Shown here: positions 1 to 6,600 of the stretch, in pieces | Numbering within the stretch: the first letter of the stretch is position 1 | Layout: every line of letters begins with the position of its first letter | Assembly: GCF_006345805.1 (NCBI RefSeq) | Contig: NW_021828626.1 | Span: 1 to 8,013, forward strand | Origin: Octopus sinensis | Taxonomy: Eukaryota | Length of the DNA: 8,013 nt | Direction: 5' to 3' | Program-made: the position numbers and the translations under genes | The notes under the pieces: model-generated | Seen by the model: the letters and a program-made list of their open reading frames with translations, nothing else | What the model was told of the DNA's origin: nothing | The model's database searches: none

Positions 1-59
1 TTGTTCTGTGTTGTTTAGTTTGATGCTCGTTAAGACATTGGTAAATACGTGTGCAATTA

Positions 60-259
60 TATGCATGTATGCACACACATGCACACACATGCACGAGCGC
101 GCACACACACATATATATATATATATATATGAATATATGTATATGTATATATATATATACATGCGCGAAAGCGTGCGTATTTTTATGTTCTGTGCATGCT
201 TAAAATGATATATCTGCGTGCACTGTGCATTTAAGCTCATAAATATAATTCACACAATG

Positions 260-339
<80 letters not shown>

Positions 340-530
340 GTATGTACGTGCGTGTATGTAGATGTATATATTAATATGTGTGTACGTGTTGGTATATACA
401 CAAACGTGTATATATATATATATACATTCATATACACGTACATGTTTGTGTGTGCATATACATATGTACACAGCCCCCATATATATATTTATATATATAA
501 ACATTTATACACACACACACGCATATATGT

Positions 531-573
<43 letters not shown>

Positions 574-580
574 TATATAT
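60..580. repeat. Compound (TA)n/(CA)n/(TG)n microsatellite tract; pure (TA)n core at about 271-328
   Basis: Directly visible dinucleotide runs. They explain the Y/I/H/T/M-rich ORFs. Confidence 0.97.
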
Positions 581-756
581 AACATGGAATGTAAGTTTGG
601 ATTAGCTAAAATTGTAGCGTATTTGTTAGGCAGCGCTCGAAACGAATTCCCAACTATCTGCCATGTTAAACGTTAGGATAATCTGCTCCATTGGTGCAGG
701 AAATCGTGTTACCTGTTACTCATCGAATGAACTGGAATTTATGTTCGTATAGTCAC

Positions 757-954
757 ACAATGGCTCTCCGTCGGTTGCGACGGCGAGCGTTCCAGTTTAT
801 CCAATCAACGGAACAGCCCGATAGTGAAATTAATGTGAAAGTGGCTGAGTACTCCACAAACACATGTGACATTAACGTAGTTCTCGGATAAAATTCAGCG
901 GGACATAGAATGTGACAAGACTGGCCCTTTGAAATACAGGTACAACTAATTTTC
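757..954 (-). mobile_element. SINE family A, 3' portion (element split by a SINE B insertion)
   Basis: The minus strand reads ...gtacctgtatttcaaagggccagtcttgtcac...ggataaactggaacgctcgccgtcgcaaccgacggagagcca, which I recognise as an octopus-type SINE body and tail. It joins 1397-1524 across a 20-bp target-site duplication (TSD). Confidence 0.8.
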
Positions 955-1143
955 TTATTTCTTTATTGCCCACAAGGGTCTAAACATAGAGGGGACAAAC
1001 AAGGACAGAGAAAGGGATTAAGTCTATTACATCGACCCCAGTGCGTAACGCAACTGGTACTTAATTTATCAACCCTGAAAGTATGAAAGGCAAAGTCGAC
1101 CTCGGCGGAATTTGAACTCAGAATGTAACTGCTGACGAAATAC
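955..1143 (-). mobile_element. SINE family B, copy lacking its 5' head (truncated at gacgaaatac)
   Basis: Near-identical to 1145-1326 and to the units at 4740-5168. The B-box GAGTTCAAATTCC lies on the minus strand at 1107-1119. Confidence 0.9.
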
Positions 1144-1144
1144 A

Positions 1145-1376
1145 TATTTCTTTACTACCCAAAAGGGGCTAAACGCAGAGGGAACAAACAAGGACAGACA
1201 TAGGTATTAAGTCGATTACTTCGACCCCAGTGCGTAACTGGTACTTAATTTATCGACGCCGAAAGGATGAAAGGCAAAGTCGACCTCAGCGGAATTTGAA
1301 ATCACAACGTAACGGCAAACGAAATACCGCTAAGTATTTCGCCCGGCGTGCTAACGTTTCTGCCAGCTCGCCGCCT
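1145..1376 (-). mobile_element. SINE family B, full-length tRNA-derived copy
   Basis: The minus strand starts aggcggcgagctggcagaaacgttagc (A-box-like). It continues through a B-box-like motif, the central motif gcctttcatcctttcggcgtcgataaattaagtaccag and a gtaaagaaata tail. Confidence 0.9.
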
Positions 1377-1396
1377 TACAGGCACTACTAATTTTC

Positions 1397-1524
1397 TGCC
1401 GAGCGAATGGACTGGAGCAACGTGAAATAAAAGATCTTGCTTAAGGATACAACGCGCTGCTGGGAAACGAACTCACGGCTTTACAATCATGAATCGATTA
1501 CTGTAACTATATAGCCGTGCACCT
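1397..1524 (-). mobile_element. SINE family A, 5' tRNA-like head
   Basis: The minus strand reads ggtgcacggctatatagtta (degenerate A-box), gagttcgtttccc (B-box, 1462-1474), then tccttaagcaagatctttt...gctccagtcc. A possible 6-bp TSD cacaat lies at 756-761 and 1526-1531. Confidence 0.75.
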
Positions 1525-1526
1525 TC

Positions 1527-2463
1527 ACAATTGTTTCATTACCAATCCGCTTCTTACCGTACTATGTATAAAGAATTGTTTGTGTGTGCTAAATTACATA
1601 AGATATGTATAAAAATTATGCAAGAGGCGCAGGAGTGGCTGTGTGGTAAGTAGCTTGCTAACCAACCACATGGTTCCGGGTTCAATCCCACTGCGTGGCA
1701 TCTTGGGCAAGTGTCTTCTGCTATAGCCCCGGGCCGACCAATGCCTTGTGAGTGGATTTGGTAGACGGAAACTGAAAGAAGCCTGTCGTATATATGCATA
1801 TATATATAAGTGTGTGTGTATATGTTTGTGTGTCTGTGTTTGTCCCCCTAGCATTGCTTGACAACCGATGCTGGTGTGTTTATGTCCCCGTCACTTAGCG
1901 GTTTGGCAAAAGAGACCGATAGAATAAGTACTGGGCTTACAAAAGAATAAGTCCCTGGGTCGATTTGCTCGACTAAAGGCGGTGCTCCAGCATGGCCGCA
2001 GTCAAATGACTGAAACAAGTAAAAGAGTAAAAGAGTTAAGAGTAAGAGTGAAATGAAGAATAATACCTCATCTGACACCAAAACTCAGCTGAGCTCTTTT
2101 GATCCATATTTCATTACGGCCGGGTCGCCGCCCGCATAGAACAGCATGATACTCTCTGAATAAATAAACTCATAGGAATCACTCGAAGTATCTGACATTT
2201 TTTGTGAAACGTGATTCTAATTAAATAATTAATTATATATGTATTAGCTAATTCTTTTATTCGTTAATTATTTAATTAAAATTATTTCTGAAATGAAATT
2301 GTTTATTGATTTTATTTATCTATTTATTTATTTATTTATTTTATTCATGGTTTTACCTTTTTAAAAAATGTTAACATAAAATGTTGATTATCAATACAAT
2401 CACAATTCTTCCCAGTTTTAACGTTCTTCTGTTCATCTTTGTCATGTCTCTGCTCATTCCTGC
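1527..2463. repeat. Old direct duplication, copy 1 (1527-1626 plus 2049-2463, interrupted by SINE C)
   Basis: Collinear with 3556-4070. Shared blocks include aaattacataagatatgt, aaactc.gctgagc, aatcac.cgaagta, ttattcatggttttacct and a 30-bp exact match (2423-2452 = 4030-4059). Confidence 0.85.
1626..2048 (+). mobile_element. SINE family C, full-length, with internal (TA)/(TG) microsatellite and (AAGAGT)n tail
   Basis: A-box tggctgtgtgg at 1636-1646 and B-box ggttcaatccc at 1679-1689. The CORE-like motif cttgggcaagtg follows. It is flanked by aagag at 1622-1626 and 2044-2048, and is absent from the paralogous segment at about 3645-3660. Confidence 0.9.
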
Positions 2464-2609
2464 GCATGCTTGAAAATCCTTTGGGTGGGAGGTGACAACA
2501 CCCTTCCTCCGCATGCGCAAGAATTTTCGCGCTTGAAGGCCGTGTCAGTTCCCGGCTTATACACCTTGATATGTAGTGCGCGCTCGTCAAATTTTCGTTT
2601 TCCCGCAAG

Positions 2610-3255
2610 ATGAGCGAACACGCTGAGCAGAGATATTACATCAAGTTTTGTCAAAATCTAGGTGATACTCAAGCTGGAACCGTCCAGAAGATTCAGTAGG
2701 CCTTTGGCATGAAAGCCATGAGCAAAACTCAGATCAAGGAATGGTACAACAGCTTCAAACATGGTCGCATCTCAGTGGAGAGCGAGAAATTCTCAGGCAG
2801 GTCATCCACAAGCCGAAACGCGGAGCCGATTGAGAAGATGCGGTGAATATCCAAAGGTGACCGTCGTGTGACAATCCAGGAAATTACTTACGAAGTGGAA
2901 ATAAGCATCTGATCAGTGCATTCCATTTTAAGCGAGGGTGTCGGCGGGATTCGTCCCCGAGGTGCTAGCGGAGTAGCAAAAGCTCCCCGACTTCCTACGC
3001 AACCGCTGAGCCTGGATGCGCATTCATCCATCCGTCGATGCTCTCGGTGTCGGGGGTTGATCTGCTTTCTCTTCTGCGGGTCTTACGAATAGCAAAGGAC
3101 CACGTTTCGGACTTCTCCTATCTTGCGAGCTCTGGGACGAAGACCGTTCGCTCAACAGCAACAGCAACCGCAGCAAAAGCAACATCGTTCAGGAGATGCT
3201 GGACTGTGCAAACTACAACTCAGACTTCACTGAAGATGAGACATCGGTTTATGGT
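2610..3255 (+). pseudogene. Mariner transposase pseudogene (N-terminal HTH region to the first catalytic Asp)
   Basis: Manual translation: MSEHAEQRYYIKFCQNLGDTQAGTVQKIQ*AFGMKAMSKTQIKEWYNSFKHGRISVESEKFSGRSSTSRNAEPIEKMR*ISKGDRRVTIQEITYEVEISI*SVHSILSE / VSAGFVPEVLAE*QK (WVPHEL-equivalent) / QEMLDCANYNSDF-TEDETSVYG (TGDETWVY-equivalent, Asp at 3235-3237). Stops at 2697, 2844, 2910 and 2974, plus frameshifts. The rest of the DD34D domain is deleted. Confidence 0.9.
2984..3171 (+). mobile_element. 188-bp GC-rich insertion in the mariner; probable 5'-truncated retroposon 3' end
   Basis: It is flanked by the perfect 9-bp direct repeat agcaaaagc (2975-2983 and 3172-3180) and ends in a degenerate caacagcaacagcaaccg tail. 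Transposase homology resumes after it. Confidence 0.7.
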
Positions 3256-3555
3256 CTCCGCTCGACGCGTTCGCTCATCTTGTGTGACAACGAAAATCCG
3301 ACGAGCGTGCACTACACTCTGGGCGCAGAAGTCGGGAACTGATACGGTTTGCCGATGCGAACATGTTCACGCACGTGCTGGAAGGGTGAGGTGACCTTCC
3401 ACTCAAAGAATTTTACCCACGCAATATTAGTTTTTACGGGAAAAAATAACGTCGGATACTCTTTGAACGCACCTCGTATTTTCGTATAGTGATATCAGTG
3501 ATATACAAGACAAATATTATGATGATGTGAATATAGCATATGTTTAATATTGGTT

Positions 3556-4070
3556 ACAATTGCGTCAATATCACTCCACTTCGTATCACATAGCATATAA
3601 AGGATTATGTGTCATAAATTACATAAGATATGTTTAAAAATTACACATAGCTGAAAAACTTGAAGAATAGCCCCTCATCTAACGCTTATTAAACTCTGCT
3701 GAGCGCTTGTAATCTGTATTACACCCGCCGCCTATCCAAAAGAAAGCTTGATACACTGTATTAAGAAGACCATTGTTATAATCACCCGAAGTACCTTACA
3801 ACTTTTGTGATTCGTGACTTTAATTGAAGAATTAATTATCTATTTACTTAATTCGTTAATTTGTCTGTTGTTAAATTGAATTAATTTTGAAAATTGAAAT
3901 CATTTATTTATTCTAATAATTAAATTATTAATTTTATTCATTTATTCATGGTTTTACCTCTGAAAAATGCCAGCATGAATGTTAAGTATCAATACAATTA
4001 TCATCACCACGCTTCCCCCCAGTTTTGATGTTCTTCTGTTCATCTTTGTCATGTCTCTGTTCCTTCCTGC
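3556..4070. repeat. Old direct duplication, copy 2; includes the putative 3' UTR and AT-rich tail of the R4-like element (minus strand)
   Basis: 515 bp, the same length as copy 1 once SINE C is removed (100 + 415 bp). Confidence 0.85.
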
Positions 4071-4079
4071 AGCTTAGCG

Positions 4080-4402
4080 ACGCAAACACTCTTCACAACG
4101 CATGCGCTGTTTCGACTATGACCGCCTACTGTGTGCTTCCAACGATGTCTGGTAGCTCCAACTTCTCGCGCTAGGTTTCCGTCTTCTTTGAGATGGATCC
4201 AAGTGCCCCAATCACGATTAGTATTACACTCGCTCTTGAGGCCCTATGCCAGGTCTTGATGCCTTTCCGCTTTCTCATTCTCTGGTTTTATAAAGTTCTC
4301 GTCTTCTGGTTCAGCTATGTCAATGAAGATCCATTTTTTAGTTTCTTTCTGGAAAACAGTGATAGCTAATCGATAATATTACAACTTCTTATCTGTGTAA
4401 AT
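4080..4402 (-). pseudogene. R4/Dong-like non-LTR retrotransposon, restriction-like endonuclease (RLE) domain and C-terminus, decayed
   Basis: Minus-strand translation: IYTDKKL*YYRLAITVFQKETKKWIFIDIAEPEDENFIKPENEKAERHQDLA* / RASVILIVIGALGSISKKTET*REKLELPDIVGSTQ*AVIVETAHAL*RVF. This matches the R4-clade pattern RPDI...IDVAVP...EK.EKYQDL...PIVIGALG...QKAV...TAHILRRVL, compared from memory. Confidence 0.85.
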
Positions 4403-4581
4403 CAATAGTTCTCAACCATTTTTTTTATCTATGGACACCTTTGATTCCTATGTTACACTGCTGGACCTCTACAGCCATTCGGTATTTCCAAAAATATCAT
4501 AACTTTATAATTAAATATCATTAGAAATTGTATAAAACAATTAAAATATTTTGTGAATTGTAGAAGCGTAACCGATTTATT

Positions 4582-4739
4582 CTTTTCTACTCTAGGCACA
4601 AGGCCCGAAATTTTGGGGGAGCTGGGGGGGGTCCAGTCGATTACGCAACTGATACGTAATTTATCGACTTCGAAAGGATGAAAGGCAAAGTCGACCTCGG
4701 AGGAATTTGAACTCAGAACGTAAAGAAAGACGAAATACC
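4582..4739 (-). mobile_element. SINE B unit 1 (alternative 3' tail ...ggccttgtgcctagagtagaaaag; 'taaaga' subtype; head missing)
   Basis: Shares the aaggatgaaaggcaaagtcgacctcgg.ggaatttgaactcagaacg core but has a different tail from units 2 and 3. Confidence 0.85.
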
Positions 4740-4939
4740 TATTTCTTTACTTTCCACAGGGGTTAAACAAGAACAGACAAACGGATTAAGTCGGTTATAT
4801 CGACCCCAGTGCGTAACTGGTACTTATTTAATCGACCCCGAAAGGATGAAAGGCAAAGTCGACCCCGGCGGAATTTAAACTCAGAACGTAGCGGCAGGCG
4901 AAATACCGCTAAGCATTTCGCCCAACATGCTAACGTTTC
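4740..4939 (-). mobile_element. SINE B unit 2 (head truncated at ctaacgtttc)
   Basis: Aligns to 1145-1360 with a short internal deletion in the tail. Confidence 0.9.
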
Positions 4940-5168
4940 TTATTTATTTATTGCCCACAAGGGGCTAAACACAGAGAGGACAAACAAGCACAGACAAACG
5001 GATTAAGTCGATTATATTGACCCTATTGCGTAACTGGTACTTAATTTATCGACCCCGAAAGGATGAAAGGCAAAGTCGACTTCGGCAGAATTTGAACTCA
5101 GAACGTCACGGCAGACGAAATACCACGAAGCACTTCGCCCGGCGTCCTAACGTTTCTGCCAGCTCGCC
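4940..5168 (-). mobile_element. SINE B unit 3 (essentially full-length)
   Basis: Aligns to 955-1143 and 1145-1376. Confidence 0.9.
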
Positions 5169-5170
5169 AT

Positions 5171-5288
5171 CGTAAGGATGAAAGGCAAAGTCGACTTCGG
5201 CGGAATTTGAACTCAGAACGTAAAGACAAGCGAAAAACTGCTAAGCAGTTCACCCGGCGTGCTAACGATTCTGCCAGCTCACCGCCCT
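5171..5288 (-). mobile_element. SINE B unit 4 (5' half with head; 'taaaga' subtype)
   Basis: The minus-strand head is agggcggtgagctggcagaatcgttagc. It is followed by the TSD copy gtaaccaatttatt (5292-5305), matching gtaaccgatttatt (4568-4581). Confidence 0.88.
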
Positions 5289-5358
5289 AGGGTAACCAAT
5301 TTATTACACGTAAGCTTTAATAGCAACATCTTATATGGACCCTTGCTGAGAACCACCG

Positions 5359-5540
5359 GTACAGATTATCAGTTGATCATTGTCTGTGATTGATAACGGT
5401 TGGCATTCATACCACTTATCAGTTCACTCTAGCCTTTAATTCCTGGACTTCTCCTTATGAGCTCGTTGCGATACTTTGGCACGGCGTTTTCTGTACTCTT
5501 ACTGGTTTAGTTTTGAACTCGATACGTGCTCTGCTGTCTT
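5359..5540 (-). pseudogene. R4/Dong-like retrotransposon, upstream fragment (end of CCHC zinc knuckle and linker to RLE)
   Basis: Minus-strand single frame: KTAEHVSSSKLNQ*EYRKRRAKVSQRAHKEKSRN*RLE*TDKWYECQPLSITDNDQLII. This matches the pattern ETVEHI.S.CSKLAQ.EY..RHD.VA..VHW.LC.KYGL...DKWYEHQP. The KWYE codons are at 5406-5417. Confidence 0.8.
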
Positions 5541-5552
5541 AATTCTGTTAGT

Positions 5553-5770
5553 TCGAGTCGGCAGAATCGTTCTCGAGTCGGACGAAACGCTTAGCAGTAT
5601 ATCATCCGTCTCTTTACGTTTTGGGTTCAAAACGCCGCTCGGGTCAACTTCGTCTTTCATTCTTTTGGGGTGGTCAGTAAAATAAACTAGCACTCACGCT
5701 CTGGGATCGATATAATCGACAAGACCCCTCCCCTCAAAATTACTGGCTTTTACCAAACCTAGAATTATTT
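5553..5770 (+). mobile_element. Older, diverged SINE B copy in the opposite orientation
   Basis: It reads ggcagaatcgtt...gacgaaacgcttagcagtat...gggttcaaaacgccgctcgggtcaacttcgtctttcattcttttgggg...gatcgatataatcgac, collinear with the minus-strand reading of units 1-4. Confidence 0.8.
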
Positions 5771-5794
5771 CCGTTCTAAAATAATATTTTCATT

Positions 5795-5868
5795 CTTCTG
5801 TTCTTATTTTTTTCAGTTATTTGACTACGGCCATGCTGGAGTACCACAGTTAGTCGAACAAATCGACA
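5795..5868 (-). mobile_element. SINE C 3'-end fragment
   Basis: The reverse complement gtcgatttgttcgactaactgtggtactccagcatggccgtagtcaaataactgaaa matches 1960-2015. Confidence 0.8.
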
Positions 5869-5884
5869 TTTAATGAACACAGTA

Positions 5885-6161
5885 ACAAGATATGAGCTAC
5901 TAACAGTTTGTTTCTGTGAAGACACTCGTCTTGGAAGGGTTTTATAAAATGCCTTGTGTCTCCAAGCAATCTACGGGCTCTGGTCACATGGTCTCATCGG
6001 TTGAACCTTCTCGTATTGTCCCGTGATTTCTCATGTACCAATGTCCTGATTTTCTAATTGAACAGACCATGTGCTCAGAGTCCGAAGATTGTCTGCGGGC
6101 TGTGAAAAATCTGCCAAGACACGTCTTCTCAACAAAAAACTATTAGTAGCCAATATCTTTG
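5885..6161. mobile_element. Degenerate fold-back element with ~110-bp inverted arms; probable MITE flanked by TA
   Basis: Left arm: acaagatatgagctactaacagttt...gaagacactcgtcttggaag...caatctacgggctctggtcacatggtct. Reverse complement of right arm: caaagatattggctactaatagttt...gaagacgtgtcttggcag...caatcttcggactctgagcacatggtct. TA lies at 5883-5884 and 6162-6163. Confidence 0.65.
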
Positions 6162-6200
6162 TATTGTCATCATTAAATGATACATACATATGTACATATA

Positions 6201-6369
6201 ACCGATGTTGGTAAGTTTATGCCCTGTAACTTAGCAGTTCAGCAAAAGAGGCTGAGAGAATAAATACTAAGCTTACAAAAGAATAAGTCCTGGGGTCGAT
6301 TTGTTCGACTAAATGCGGTGCTCCAGCCTGGCCGCAACCAAATGAATGAAGCAAGTAAAAGAATAAGAG
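6201..6369 (+). mobile_element. SINE C 3' half
   Basis: Aligns to 1864-2035 (accgatg...cttagc.gtt..gcaaaagag...gcttacaaaagaataagtcc...gtaaaagaataagag). Confidence 0.88.
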
Positions 6370-6380
6370 AAATATATATT

Positions 6381-6458
6381 CTTTTATTCTTTTACTTTTT
6401 TCAGTCATTTGGTTGCGGCCAGGCTGGGGCACCGCCTTTAGCCGAACTAATCGACCCC
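6381..6458 (-). repeat. Inverted copy of the SINE C tail forming a fold-back with 6292-6369
   Basis: The 78-bp arms are 70/78 identical by manual count. The 11-nt spacer contains the palindrome aatatatatt. Confidence 0.92.
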
Positions 6459-6465
6459 ATATATA

Positions 6466-6600
6466 TGGCGATTTTCTTTCTCCGTTTTCCCTTCTTTGGA
6501 CTCTCCTTCTTTCTTTTCCTTTCCTGAGTGTCCAATAACACTATACATGTTCCACGTCCTCGCGTTGTTGTGTTTTCACTTTGTCCATGTTTGGATTAAC
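6466..6600. other. Unclassified pyrimidine-rich segment between (TA)n runs; possibly a Penelope-like or other interspersed-repeat remnant
   Basis: It is bounded by atatatat and (TA)n. The ...gttccacgtcctcgcgttgttgtgtttt...gtttggattaactatata end resembles a repeat I associate with octopus DNA from memory only. No internal proof. Confidence 0.3.

Larger units (their letters stand above)
2473..3478 (+). mobile_element. Decayed, internally deleted mariner (Tc1/mariner superfamily) DNA transposon; left terminus missing
   Basis: The right end ...gtcggatactctttgaacgcacctcg is followed by TA (3477-3478), a typical mariner terminus. It contains transposase remnants. Imperfect inverted arms lie at 2473-2633 and 3255-3412. 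Confidence 0.88.
4403..5358. mobile_element. Non-autonomous hAT (Charlie-like) MITE, about 230 bp net, interrupted by the SINE B chain
   Basis: The termini CAATAGTTCTCAAC (4403-4416) and GCTGAGAACCACCG (5345-5358) are degenerate forms of the CAGTGGTTCTCAAC terminal inverted repeat (TIR). The flanking 8-mers gtgtaaat and gtacagat match at only 5/8 positions. R4 homology continues on both sides. Confidence 0.75.

Noticed and set aside
8-676. ORFs rich in Y/I/H/T/M/V
   Set aside because: These are translations of (TA)/(CA)/(TG) microsatellites, which lack stops in some frames. They have no protein-like complexity.
744-753. 10-mer ttcgtatagt repeated at 3481-3490
   Set aside because: It could extend the duplication leftward, but the spacing is inconsistent with the collinear alignment and the flanks do not align convincingly.
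580-756. Short non-repetitive island, considered as a possible exon or Penelope fragment (gcgctcgaaacg)
   Set aside because: There is no recognisable protein motif or convincing splice-site pair, and the motif is too short to classify.
1626-1700. tRNA-like A/B boxes (also in the SINE A and B heads)
   Set aside because: I could not build a complete cloverleaf, and the sequences run on into SINE bodies. They are SINE heads, not tRNA genes.
3038-3394. 118-aa plus-strand ORF
   Set aside because: It is a chimera of the 188-bp insert, out-of-frame transposase remnant and the inverted arm. The true transposase homology lies in other, broken frames.
4582-5291. Repeated conserved blocks with variable spacers, superficially CRISPR-like or satellite-like
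   Set aside because: The units are 120-230-bp SINE copies with Pol III boxes, irregular truncations and dispersed copies elsewhere, in a eukaryotic context with no cas genes.
5499-5693. 64-aa minus-strand ORF
   Set aside because: Only its last ~13 codons are R4 remnant. The rest is antisense SINE B.
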